DNA of 64,000 nucleotides from NCBI GenBank assembly GCA_965226055.1, contig CBDDCA010000006.1, positions 864,001 to 928,000 of the forward strand, in the 5' to 3' direction. Positions within the stretch are counted from its first letter, which is position 1; each line of letters begins with the position of its first letter. The notes beneath the pieces are model-generated. The model searched no databases. It was given only the letters and a program-made list of their open reading frames with translations, and had not been told where the DNA came from. Both the position numbers and the translations under genes were made by a program. The DNA comes from Spirochaetia bacterium. Its GTDB lineage: Bacteria; Spirochaetota; Spirochaetia; WTKD01; G963693115. Below, one piece after another: positions 1 to 10,900 of the stretch.

Positions 1-873
1 CAGTTTGGTATTCCTGTTGGACTAGGATCAATTCGTATTTTATTAGAAAATAATGCACTGTTGCCTGATTTTCAGTTAAAGAACATTGCTCCATCAGTAC
101 CATTACTTGCAAATCTTGGTGCTGCACAGTTATTGTCCATCCATGTATCAGAACTACAAGATATACTAAAAGAATTAAAAGCAGACGCTATAGTACTGCA
201 CTTAAATCCAGCACAAGAATTATGTCAAGAAAACGGAGAACGAAATTTTAGAGGAATACAAGAAGCCATTCATGAGTATATTCATCAAAGTGAAGTGCCT
301 GTCATTATAAAAGAAACAGGCATGGGAATACATCCAAAAGAAATACAGTTATTGTTAGGATACGGTGCTTCATATGTTGATATAGCAGGAGCAGGAGGCA
401 GTAATTGGGCAAGAATAGAACTACAACGATATGCAAGCAATACAGTACAGAAAAATAAAGTATTACAAGAATCATATTTTGCAGCGTATGATAACTGGGG
501 ACATCCCACAGGATTGTTGTTGCTTGCAAGCTACGGCATAGAAAGACGTATAGCTTCTGGGGGTATACGTAATGCACATGATATACTTGTAAGTTTACTA
601 TTAGGGGCAACTATGGCAGGGCTTGCACTTCCTATTGTACGTAGTGCCTCTATAAGTCAAAAAGCCTTAGAGACATTCCTGTCAATTATTAGCTCTCAAT
701 TAAAACAACTTATGTTACTTATTGGTGCGAAAAAAGTGAAAGATATAGTATCGTGTCCTCTATGGATAGAACCGAGTACTCAAATGCAGTTACATGCGTA
801 CTGTAAAGCAACAGGATCTAATGTGCCTGATGCTATCACAAGTCTTTTGTATAAAGATGAAGCGCATAGATAA
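1..873 (+). CDS. fni: type 2 isopentenyl-diphosphate delta-isomerase (5' partial; frame open from base 1)
   Basis: Motifs GLGS, ANLGA, HLNPAQE, VIIKETGMG, DIAGAGGSNW, ASGGIR; first gene of the mevalonate cluster. Confidence 0.93.
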   Translation, partial: QFGIPVGLGSIRILLENNALLPDFQLKNIAPSVPLLANLGAAQLLSIHVSELQDILKELKADAIVLHLNPAQELCQENGERNFRGIQEAIHEYIHQSEVPVIIKETGMGIHPKEIQLLLGYGASYVDIAGAGGSNWARIELQRYASNTVQKNKVLQESYFAAYDNWGHPTGLLLLASYGIERRIASGGIRNAHDILVSLLLGATMAGLALPIVRSASISQKALETFLSIISSQLKQLMLLIGAKKVKDIVSCPLWIEPSTQMQLHAYCKATGSNVPDAITSLLYKDEAHR

Positions 874-933
874 TGTATCTTGACATGTATTTGAACTGTA
901 TTTTGAAATGGAAAAAACTGCTATAGTATATAT

Positions 934-2238
934 GTGGACAACAATATAGTCTTACCTGCTACCTTCCGAAAAAAATCTCCTGCAGAACGTCTTACAATGA
1001 TGCGAAAAGCAATACTCTCTTCTCAACAGCTTTTTGATGAAAGCAACAGTACTCATCAATCTGAACAAAAAGATACGCTAAAAGAAAAACTTATACACAT
1101 AGAAAACACATTATTATTACCCAATACCGTAGTATCTGATATGTCAGATACTATGATTGAATCTGCTGTTGGTGGAATAATGATACCTATAGGGATAGTG
1201 AAAAATGTAAAAGTAAATGGACGGATAGTACATATCCCTGTTGCTACCGAAGAAGCCTCAGTCATATCTGCCGCTAGCTATGCGGCAACTATATTATCGA
1301 ATGCTACAAAAAAACAAAATAAAGAACAGCAATCGCATGGCATAGTAGCAAAAAGTTCACCTGCGTTACAGATAGCCCAAATTAGTTTAGAACAAGTGAG
1401 TGCAAAAGGAGAACAATCTCTTACAGAGCAGTGGTCAAAAATACAAACAACACTTATGAGTCTCCTGTCTAATATGCATAGGAGAGGAGGAGGACTGCGA
1501 GGCTCTCAGTTTCGTAGGTTGCTGAGCGGCCTTGTCGTATTTCAGTTTACGGTTGATGTACGTGACGCAATGGGAGCCAATATTGTAAATAGTGCAGCAG
1601 AAGCTATAGCTCCTTTACTAGAAGAAATTACAGGAGGACATACCCTTGCGGCAATTCTCAGCAACTATAGTGAAGAACGTACAGCAAATGCACATTTTAT
1701 TTTAGAAGAGAAATATCTACCTGCAACACATATTCCCTCACATTTTGCTGCACAAAAAATTGCACACATGAGCCTCTGGGCAAAAGAAGACATGTTTCGT
1801 GCTGTAACACATAATAAAGGCATTATGAACGGAGTATCAGGATTAGCTCTTGCAACAGGAAATGATACACGAGCATTTGAAGCAGCAGCGCATGCCTTAG
1901 CAACAAGCAAAGCAGTAGATCCGCATTATTATTCAAGCTATAGCCCTCTCTCTCACTTTGATTATTCAGAAGGACAACTAAAAGCAGAGCTAGAAATACC
2001 CGCATTACTTGCTACAGTAGGAGGAGCAACTTCACATCCAGTTGCACAGTGGAGCTTTCGAGTACTTTCTATCAATAGTAATAAAGCAATACAATCGCAT
2101 CAGCTTAACTGTATTGCTGCCGCTTTAGGACTTGCACAAAATTTTGCCGCTCTATTTGCGTTAGTAAGTACTGGCATACAACATGGACACTTACAGTATC
2201 ATCATAAAAAATTACACACAAAATCACCCTTATTATAA
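934..2238 (+). CDS. mvaA: class II hydroxymethylglutaryl-CoA reductase
   Basis: Motifs ATEEASV, DAMGAN, THNKGIMNG, GNDTRA, GLAQNFAAL, GIQHGH. Confidence 0.93.
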   Translation: MDNNIVLPATFRKKSPAERLTMMRKAILSSQQLFDESNSTHQSEQKDTLKEKLIHIENTLLLPNTVVSDMSDTMIESAVGGIMIPIGIVKNVKVNGRIVHIPVATEEASVISAASYAATILSNATKKQNKEQQSHGIVAKSSPALQIAQISLEQVSAKGEQSLTEQWSKIQTTLMSLLSNMHRRGGGLRGSQFRRLLSGLVVFQFTVDVRDAMGANIVNSAAEAIAPLLEEITGGHTLAAILSNYSEERTANAHFILEEKYLPATHIPSHFAAQKIAHMSLWAKEDMFRAVTHNKGIMNGVSGLALATGNDTRAFEAAAHALATSKAVDPHYYSSYSPLSHFDYSEGQLKAELEIPALLATVGGATSHPVAQWSFRVLSINSNKAIQSHQLNCIAAALGLAQNFAALFALVSTGIQHGHLQYHHKKLHTKSPLL

Positions 2239-2251
2239 TTGAAACTATCAT

Positions 2252-3253
2252 ATGCAACAACAATTAGCAATTTCAAACAAAACAATAACAACAACAGCAG
2301 GACCATCACTTGCGCTTATAAAATATTGGGGAAAACAGCCTCAGGGCCTTAATATTCCCTCTTGTACCAGTATTGCAATAACACTTGATACGCTACAATC
2401 TACCGCACGTATAACACAAAATCTGCAAACAAAAGAAAATAGCTTTCTCTTAAACGGAAAGGAAACCTCATTAGACTATCTTCTGCCCATTATACAGGCA
2501 CTTAAAATAAAGAGAAATGAGGGAAGAAAGCATAAAAATACAGCCATGCCTCCTTTTCTATTAGAAGCAGATAATAATTTTCCTACTGGAGCAGGCCTTG
2601 CAAGCTCAGCATCAGGAATTGCTGCATGTACTGTAGCATTGGCACGATATTATGCTATTGAATGCAATAACAAAGAACTATCACAGCTAGCCCGACTAGG
2701 ATCGGGATCAGCATGTCGTTCAATATTTGGTGGCTTTACACAATGGCAACAAGGAAGTGATCACGCAACACAGCTAGCATCATGCTCTCATTGGGACAAT
2801 TTACGCATGATAGTGCTTATTATAAGTAACAAAAAAAAATCCATAAGCTCACGGCAAGCAATGCTACAATGTGCCAAACAATCAGTGTACTATCCTGCAT
2901 GGGTACGCTATAACAATACCCTCGCAAAAGTAGCGCTTACTGCAATACAGAATAAAGATATAGAAAGTTTAGGAACATGTATGAGACAAAGCTACAATGC
3001 CATGCATGCTACTATGCTTGCTATGAACCCGCCATTATTATATTGGCAAGCAGCCAGCGTACAAGCAATACATCTTGCAGAAACATTACGATCAGATAAA
3101 ATACAAGTCTGGGAAACGATGGATGCAGGCCCACAAGTAAAATATCTCACTGAAGAACAACATGTTCCTGCCATACTCTCTGCAATAGAAACGCATATGC
3201 CACAATGCAAATATATAGTATGCAAAGTAGGAAAAGGTGTCCAAGAATTGTAA
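2252..3253 (+). CDS. mvaD: diphosphomevalonate decarboxylase
   Basis: Motifs ALIKYWGK, NNFPTGAGLASSAS, ARLGSGSACRS, TMDAGP. Confidence 0.95.
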   Translation: MQQQLAISNKTITTTAGPSLALIKYWGKQPQGLNIPSCTSIAITLDTLQSTARITQNLQTKENSFLLNGKETSLDYLLPIIQALKIKRNEGRKHKNTAMPPFLLEADNNFPTGAGLASSASGIAACTVALARYYAIECNNKELSQLARLGSGSACRSIFGGFTQWQQGSDHATQLASCSHWDNLRMIVLIISNKKKSISSRQAMLQCAKQSVYYPAWVRYNNTLAKVALTAIQNKDIESLGTCMRQSYNAMHATMLAMNPPLLYWQAASVQAIHLAETLRSDKIQVWETMDAGPQVKYLTEEQHVPAILSAIETHMPQCKYIVCKVGKGVQEL

Positions 3254-3274
3254 AAAACAGCAGCAAGAAAAAAT

Positions 3275-4360
3275 ATGAACCATAAACAAGAAGAACAATA
3301 TGTATACAGTGTTCCCTCAAGCATATTACTCTGTGGAGAATACATTATAACAGAAGAGAATGGGGCAGGCATTTGTTTAGGGATAGAACCACGCTCGTAT
3401 CTCCATATAAAAAAAACAAAAGTAGCACAATCTAAAACATCACTGACAATTATGTGTACCTATGCTGCACGTACTATTACTTTTTTACAAGCCAATGATT
3501 TTGACTTTTGGAACATAGCCTCAAAGCTAAGCATTCCTCTCTATAAAAAATATCATATGTATAATGAAAATGTAAAAAATAGCATAGCTCTCTTTTCTCA
3601 TAGCACACAACAGTATCACATAGAAGTACATATAGATACCTCACAATTATACGATAAGAAACATAAGCAGAAACTAGGACTCGGTTCAAGTGCAAGCTGT
3701 GCTATACTTAGCTGTGCAGCACACATGGTACTCTGTCAGTACGATCCACTACAACATATTGATATGCTCCATGACTTTGCCACTCAATTACACTATGAAT
3801 GGCAACAAAAAAAAGGAAGTGGATATGAACTCTACGCCTCTCTGTATGGAGGAGCAATATTATTACAGCGTCAAAAATATGTAAACACAACATACACTCC
3901 CGAACATAAAAGAAAGCCTTTCATTCATACAACAGTGTCATTTCCAACACAATTCTCTTGGGTAATGTGGAATAGTCAAAACAACATCTCATCTCGTACC
4001 GCATTACAGAAATATATACAATGGAAACGACAATATCCAACACAACAGCAACAATGCACACAAAAAATACGTGATACCATAGAAACATATACACAGTGCA
4101 AGACACACAATGACTATTGTACATGGCTTAGCACTATGCAGAAATTAGGACTTACATTAGGCAAAGCAATAGGACAAAGTGCAAACATAGCACTTCCAAC
4201 AACTGCATATGTAATACAAGCTCACAAAGCATGCGGAGCAGGAAATGAACAAGGCATAGGTATACTTAAGGAAACAGAAAAAGCAAACAAGCACGATACA
4301 CTAAAAGAACAAACACATACAGTATCAATAAGTGAAGGGTTTAGGCAAGAAAATATATAA
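3275..4360 (+). CDS. phosphomevalonate kinase (GHMP family), divergent
   Basis: Motifs LLCGEY, KLGLGSSA, GSGYE, KACGAGNE; lies between mvaD and mvk. Confidence 0.8.
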   Translation: MNHKQEEQYVYSVPSSILLCGEYIITEENGAGICLGIEPRSYLHIKKTKVAQSKTSLTIMCTYAARTITFLQANDFDFWNIASKLSIPLYKKYHMYNENVKNSIALFSHSTQQYHIEVHIDTSQLYDKKHKQKLGLGSSASCAILSCAAHMVLCQYDPLQHIDMLHDFATQLHYEWQQKKGSGYELYASLYGGAILLQRQKYVNTTYTPEHKRKPFIHTTVSFPTQFSWVMWNSQNNISSRTALQKYIQWKRQYPTQQQQCTQKIRDTIETYTQCKTHNDYCTWLSTMQKLGLTLGKAIGQSANIALPTTAYVIQAHKACGAGNEQGIGILKETEKANKHDTLKEQTHTVSISEGFRQENI

Positions 4361-4393
4361 GCAAGGAGAGCAGCTAAGTGTTATAGATATACT

Positions 4394-5533
4394 ATGATTT
4401 CTCACCATAAAAAAGACAACAGTAACAGTACCACTCTCCATGACACAAGCATTACAATAACAGTATGTGGAAAACTTATCTTATTTGGAGAACATCTTGT
4501 ATTTTATAATAGCAGTGTCATAGGAATACCCCTGCCTTTTACATTAAAAGCAACCTTTGTGTACAAAGAATATAAGAACGAAAAAAAAAATACCATATCG
4601 AAATTTGACATCATAAGTGATTACCCTATTGATACGAGCTTTATTGATCACATACAAAAAGTATGTGAAGAACACTATAAGAAAGAACTACCAAAAAGTA
4701 AAGTATATATAGAAAGTACCATACCCATAGGAAGCGGATACGGATCATCTGCAGCATTGTGTGTAGCATTAGCAAAAGGAATACTGCATTATCATAAAAA
4801 TATACCATTAAATATATTACAGATCAATACTAAAAATACGCAACAACAAATAAATGATCATACTCTTGAACAACAAGGCATATCAAAACAGGATATTTGG
4901 CATTTTGCACATCACCTTGAACAATTTTTTCATACTCCTGCATCAGGCATTGATACAGCGTTGTGTACATACCAACAAGCAATAATGCTTTCTCCCCATC
5001 AAGTACCGCAACAAAACAGCAGAAAAAAGCATAGCTTTGCACCCCCACCTATTACAGTACACCCACTTGCAGTTACATCACAAATCCCTCATTGTTTGCA
5101 TATAGTATCAGCCGTAGTCATAAGAAAAATACCCACAAAGAAGCTCATAGCACAGGTACAAAAACAGCTACAACAATTTCATCAATTACAGACACTACAA
5201 CAGCTACATACTACAGTACTGCATCAGCTACAATCATACTATACATTGTATAGCAATCATCACACCAAGATAGCCCCTTTTGATTACCACCACTTTGCCA
5301 CTACTGTCAACGCATTACAACAGAAACTCTGTGACATAGGACTCTGCACTCCCACAATGCAAAAGGCAATGCAGATAGCAATGAAAGCAGGAAGCATAGC
5401 AACAAAACTGAGCGGAGCAGGAGGAGGAGGAGCGTTCGTCTGTTTTTGTAGCACAAAACAGGACGCTCAGAATGTATACAAAGCATTGCAGCACTATGCT
5501 CCTGTACAGTCTATATGCATACAAGCACTATAA
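4394..5533 (+). CDS. mvk: mevalonate kinase
   Basis: Motifs GKLILFGEH, PIGSGYGSSAA, ASGID, KLSGAGGGG. Confidence 0.9.
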   Translation: MISHHKKDNSNSTTLHDTSITITVCGKLILFGEHLVFYNSSVIGIPLPFTLKATFVYKEYKNEKKNTISKFDIISDYPIDTSFIDHIQKVCEEHYKKELPKSKVYIESTIPIGSGYGSSAALCVALAKGILHYHKNIPLNILQINTKNTQQQINDHTLEQQGISKQDIWHFAHHLEQFFHTPASGIDTALCTYQQAIMLSPHQVPQQNSRKKHSFAPPPITVHPLAVTSQIPHCLHIVSAVVIRKIPTKKLIAQVQKQLQQFHQLQTLQQLHTTVLHQLQSYYTLYSNHHTKIAPFDYHHFATTVNALQQKLCDIGLCTPTMQKAMQIAMKAGSIATKLSGAGGGGAFVCFCSTKQDAQNVYKALQHYAPVQSICIQAL

Positions 5534-5570
5534 TGTACGAAAGTATAGAATATATTACACTACAAATAGT

Positions 5571-6491
5571 ATGAAATACACTGATATAAGTCAAACTATA
5601 GGTAACACTCCCGTTATTCATATATCACGATTGTTTCCAAACCGTAACATTTGGATAAAAGTGGAACGCTTTAATCCAGGAGGCAGTCTTAAAGACAGAG
5701 TAGCAAAACACATGATTGAACAAGCTGAACTACGAGGGGACATCCATAAAAAAAGTACCATTGTCGAAGCTACATCAGGTAACACAGGCATAGCACTTGC
5801 AATGATGGGAGCAATAAAAGGGTACAGAGTAATATTAGTAATGTCAAAAAAAATGAGTCCCGAACGAGTAGCAGTAATGAAAGCATTTGGTGCTAAAATA
5901 ATACTCACCCCTGCCGACAAAGGAACAAAAGGAGCAGTAAAGAAAGCAGAAGAAATTGTAAAAAAAATACCATACGCATGGATGCCCAACCAGTTTTCTA
6001 ATAAAGATTGTATTGATATTCATGTAAACACTACCGCAAAAGAAATAATGGCAGATTTTCCACAAGGGATAGACTATATAGTAACATCGTCAGGAACTGG
6101 TGCTCATATAACAGGCATAGCAAAACACTTAAAGAAACACATGAAATCATTAAAAGTATATGCAGTAGAACCAGATATAAGCCCTGTTATTGCAGGCGGT
6201 ACGCCCCATGCACATGCTATTGCAGGGGCAGGACCGGGCTTCATTCCCGATAACCTACAATTACGCTATATAGATGGGGTAATACATGTAAGTGAAAAAC
6301 AAGCGTTCTATGCCACCAGTATCCTTGCTAAAAAAGAAGGTATCCTTGCTGGTATATCGACTGGAGCTTCGCTTACTGCAATATCGCGTCTTTACAAACA
6401 GAAACAACTTTCTCCTAAAACATGTATTGTAACCTTTAATTATGATCTTGGCGAACGATACCTATCAAACGAACAGCTATTTAATACTTAA
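5571..6491 (+). CDS. cysK: cysteine synthase (O-acetylserine sulfhydrylase)
   Basis: Motifs IGNTP, FNPGGSLKDR (PLP Lys), EATSGNTG, GERYLS; start moved to ATG 5571 (MKYTD) to avoid overlap with mvk. Confidence 0.88.
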   Translation: MKYTDISQTIGNTPVIHISRLFPNRNIWIKVERFNPGGSLKDRVAKHMIEQAELRGDIHKKSTIVEATSGNTGIALAMMGAIKGYRVILVMSKKMSPERVAVMKAFGAKIILTPADKGTKGAVKKAEEIVKKIPYAWMPNQFSNKDCIDIHVNTTAKEIMADFPQGIDYIVTSSGTGAHITGIAKHLKKHMKSLKVYAVEPDISPVIAGGTPHAHAIAGAGPGFIPDNLQLRYIDGVIHVSEKQAFYATSILAKKEGILAGISTGASLTAISRLYKQKQLSPKTCIVTFNYDLGERYLSNEQLFNT

Positions 6492-6594
6492 ACTCGTGCT
6501 TAAACTCGTAGATTGCTCCCATCTATAATAAGGAGATATGATATACTATCTATACCAGTCGTAGCATGTAATACATAGTAAGGGGGGAGTACAT

Positions 6595-7767
6595 ATGGAT
6601 ATACATTCGATGCAACTAAAATTACAATCGTTTAGTGAAAAAATGACAGAATATATATCAAACTCTTTGCTCTTTTGGGCAACTACAGGATACGATAATA
6701 TAAATGGAGGATACTATGAAGCAGTAGACTTTCATGGAAATCCCATTACTTCCTTACACAGACGCTTTCGTATACATCCTCGAAATATATTTGCACATAC
6801 TGCAGCAACAGTAAAAGGATATGGCAATTATATAGATACAGCAATACAAGCAACCTCATTTATCATGGAAACATGTTGGCAAAAAAAACAAGGCTTTGCC
6901 ACCCTTAGCGATAATGAAGGGAACATCATAAACGACACCGTTGTACTCTATGATCAAACATTTACATTGCTTGCTTTTGCATGGCTATACCACGCAACAC
7001 AGCAGAAAGAATACAAATACAATCTCATGACAGTATGGAAAACTATCAATGAGACACTTTCATATGATAAATATGGTTTTGCTACCAGCAATAAAGCAAA
7101 GAAACAAAGTGATGCTCTTCTATTACAAAATCCACATATGCATCTTTTTGAAGCATTATTAGATGTGTATCAAATAATGAAAGAAGAATATTGGCTTGCA
7201 GAAGCAACTAACATATACACTCTGTTTAGCAAATTTTTTTATGACAAAGAACATAGGGTAGTGTTAGAATACTTACATAAAGACTATAGCCCTCAACATG
7301 AGGCCATAGATAAAATAGAGCCAGGACATCATTTTGAATGGGTATGGCTTCTTCATAAATACCGTATTCTTCTACGAGATACTATTGATACTGATATGAT
7401 AGAAAACATCTATAGGTTTGCTATGGAACATGGAATATCGAAACAAAAGATTCCATACGAGATAGTACAGCACAATGGTGTTCCTGTAAAATCAACACAG
7501 CGTATGTGGGCACAGACCGAACAATTAAAAGCACATCTTGCTATGTACGAATATTCAAAAGATATAACATACATAGATTTTGCAATACAGACATTAGAAA
7601 CGCTCAATACCTATTTTTGTTCCCATGATATATCAGGTGTTTGGTATGATTGCTACGATATACACGGAACTATGGTAGCACCTAACTCCCCTTCTAGTAC
7701 ATTATATCACCTATTTGTCTGTTTAGATGAATTTAATACAGCATGCCGTACTATAATAAACATATAA
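6595..7767 (+). CDS. AGE family sugar epimerase/isomerase (mannose/cellobiose 2-epimerase-like)
   Basis: Motifs LYDQTF, QNPHMHLFEA, EPGHHFEW, RMWAQTE, STLYH; RBS GGGGGGAG. Confidence 0.85.
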   Translation: MDIHSMQLKLQSFSEKMTEYISNSLLFWATTGYDNINGGYYEAVDFHGNPITSLHRRFRIHPRNIFAHTAATVKGYGNYIDTAIQATSFIMETCWQKKQGFATLSDNEGNIINDTVVLYDQTFTLLAFAWLYHATQQKEYKYNLMTVWKTINETLSYDKYGFATSNKAKKQSDALLLQNPHMHLFEALLDVYQIMKEEYWLAEATNIYTLFSKFFYDKEHRVVLEYLHKDYSPQHEAIDKIEPGHHFEWVWLLHKYRILLRDTIDTDMIENIYRFAMEHGISKQKIPYEIVQHNGVPVKSTQRMWAQTEQLKAHLAMYEYSKDITYIDFAIQTLETLNTYFCSHDISGVWYDCYDIHGTMVAPNSPSSTLYHLFVCLDEFNTACRTIINI

Positions 7768-7900
7768 AATTGCAGTGATAAGAATTATAGAATGAAAAAT
7801 ACGTATAATAAAACATACAATAAATATTTTAGTTATTGGTGGATAAAAACATAATAAAAAAAATGCTATTTATAAAAAAAAGTAAAAATTATTGTAATAA

Positions 7901-7938
7901 TAGCTTGACATAGCTTGACATATTACCAATAATATACT
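7901..7938 (+). promoter_or_regulatory. putative sigma70 promoter with tandemly duplicated -35 unit (TAGCTTGACA x2)
   Basis: Two adjacent TAGCTTGACA copies followed by an AT-rich -10-like region, upstream of RBS AAGGAG. Confidence 0.45.
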
Positions 7939-7975
7939 TATTGAAGTAAAATAATAAAATTATAAGGAGAGTTTT

Positions 7976-10900
7976 ATGAAAAAAAGTCTTTTTCAAAAAA
8001 GCCCTTTATGGTTATTGTTACCAATAACCATAATTTCGTTAGTATTTGCAGGGTGTTCTTCAGACAGCTCTGACAGTGGTGGTTCTTCCTCGTCAATAAC
8101 AGGACTATCATACGTCACTGTAGCTTCAGGGACAGGTGCAAATGTAGATGTTTCTTTTGTCGCTCCGCCAGAAGCGGATGCAGTCAAAATAGTAGCTACA
8201 CCAACATCGGAAGGACTAAACAGTCCTCTTGATTCGATATTGGGAAGCGTGCTTTCTTCATTTGAAGAAGCAAAAACAGTTACTGTTACAGTACCACGTT
8301 CACAATTTGTTTCTAGTTCCTCAAGTGGTGCAATCTCAAAAATAATTTTGAAAGGGTTGCGCTCATATACATCCTATTCATTTAATGTATATGCAGTTTC
8401 TGAATCAGGGGAATCATCAGCAGTATCAAATCTTCCAGAAGTTGCAATTCCTGTTGTAACTACTGCTCCACAAGATGTAATTTCTCAATCTGATGTTTCT
8501 ATACTATTAGAGGAAGATAAATCTATAAAATTAAAATGGGATACTAATCGTATTCAAGCAGGACTAGTAGACTTTACAAAGGTACGTTTTTCCGTACATA
8601 CCGCAGGAGATACCGAAATTGCTGTGTACAATGTAGATGATCTTTCAGCAGGAGAAGTTACTCTTTCTGATATAAATACCATTGATCCTGCAACATACAC
8701 AGTAAAAGCGATATATACCAGTGCTAATGGAATACCTTCTGCAAAGAAAATGGTGATAAATCTTGTTCCTAGTAAGCTAAAAAGCGATATACAAGCAATA
8801 GCAGGCTTAAAAGTAGAAGCAAAAAATAAAGCAAATAGTGCTGATGCTGATGAAGCATTGTATATAAGCTGGACTAGCTATGACTATAGTGCTGCAAAAG
8901 CAGGAACTAAAATAGCAGTAACAGTAAGTGTTGGAAAATTTCCTATAAAAACAGTAATTGTCAACAATGCATCGGTTACTGATATAAATAAAGCTGTTCC
9001 AGTTGCTGCTGGTCGTACTGTATTTTTTCCAACGAAAAATGCAATATGGGTGAGCAATTTATATGGTACAAAGACATATAATGTATCTGTTGTAGTACAT
9101 GATGATTATGGCAGTATGTCTAGTGCAATGACAGCAAGTGCTAAAACAACTGATACACAAACAGAACCAGTAACTGGTGTTATTGGTAGACCATTAGGAA
9201 ATAGTATTGTGGCAACCTGGAGCGTACCAAACATTGGCGATTATGTAGGGGTAAATGTGAGATTATTAGATACCGCTGATGCTGTTAAGCCTACAGATGA
9301 TGATCCTGATAAAAATGTAGTAAGTACTCTTGAGATAAGAGGTGATACTATTTTAAGAGCAGTATTTAATGATGTAAAAGAAGGTGTTTATAGAGTAGCA
9401 GTAGCTACTGTGGATGCAACTGGCAATGTTTCTAAACAGGGAGACAAAGACTTGTTTGTAGAATCAACAGTAGATGCTACTATTGCATCTGATGCAAAAA
9501 AAGATACTACTGCTCCTCCAGCACCAACGTTAGCTACAAATTATCCAAAGTATTATTACAAAGCAAATGGTACTGAGGTAGATGTAGTACTCCAATTATC
9601 TTTTGCTCCTTCAAACAATTTTGCTCTACAGGATGTAAAGAGTGCTACCGTTATACTCAGTAAAAAAGAAGGAAAAGATACTGCAGCAGCTACCGCAGCA
9701 ACAGCGAGTGTAGTAAGTACCAGTACCTATGAGCCATCAACAGGCTTTTTTATGACTTTGAGAAATTTGAAGAGAGACACAGCTTCTCTTGTTACTAAAT
9801 ATACTGCAACTATATACTACACAGATGTATTTGGAAACGGAGATGGAACAGTAGCAGCGAATCGTCTTGATCAAGCTCTGAGTTTTGATGCAGTATCTAC
9901 TGCTCCACAGAAAAGTGAAGTAGCGTTTACTAACACACCAAAAGGGAATAATCTCTATGGTATAGAAATTGCAAGTAGTGTAAGTGGCTATGATAATGGA
10001 GTACCTCTCATTAAAGCTACAGTTACTTTTAGTAGTGGCAAACGATTACTTGCTCTATACGGCAGTGATGAAACAGTACCAATTGCAGCAAAGCAACTTG
10101 ATACTACTGGATCTGTATATTTTGGTGAAAAAGATGGCATTAGTTTTCCAGAAGGAACAGAAAATACAGGCAAAACTGCTATAGAAAGTGGTGGTATGAC
10201 TTATAAAGCAAAACTGTTTGAAGTATATAACTCTGGACTGTACTCACAAGCTACTGCCCTTGATGATATTACCGTAGCAGATATAGTATCAACAGCACCA
10301 GAAGCAGCAGAAATAGAAGGAGTTACTGGTGATGCAAGCACTTCTACTTTAATCTTTAATGAAACTACTGGTGAACTAACTGTGCCTTTTAAAGAATCAA
10401 GCGGTACAGCAGCGAAAGATCCTTCAAATAATAATGTAGCTCCAAATAAAGTACTGTATAAAGTATACGCTACTACAGAGTCGGTATCGGGAAGCACAGC
10501 AGACGATAAAATCAAAAACATTAAAGATATAGCAAATGTTCGTATGGCTCAAGTACAAGGAACAAACGCAGGAGCTGATAGAACAGTGAAATTTTTTGGG
10601 TTTAGTGCTGATGATAAAGATGCTACCTTTACCGTTGCTATTGAAGCTATCAATACTTTCAATACTTCTTTCTCAAACAATGTTACCGCAACAGGAAAAG
10701 CACAACAAAAAACAGCTACAGCACTTGGATCTGATGCTTCATTCTCCTATGCAGGCAATGGAGATCCTAAGGTAGCAAATACATACGTATTTCCCTATAG
10801 TAGCTCTAGTAAGACTGAAACAATAGCAAAACCAACATTAGCAAGCCTTACCATTCCTTCAGGAGCTACATTAACTAAGTTTACTTTGACATATGTAAGC

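Noticed and set aside
6487-6510. CTTAAACTCGT direct repeat at the cysK stop as a target-site duplication
   Set aside because: Copies are adjacent with no intervening element; likely local slippage
7839-7848. GGTGGATAA as a DnaA box marking oriC
   Set aside because: Single 8/9 match with no cluster, and it lies well left of the inferred skew switch
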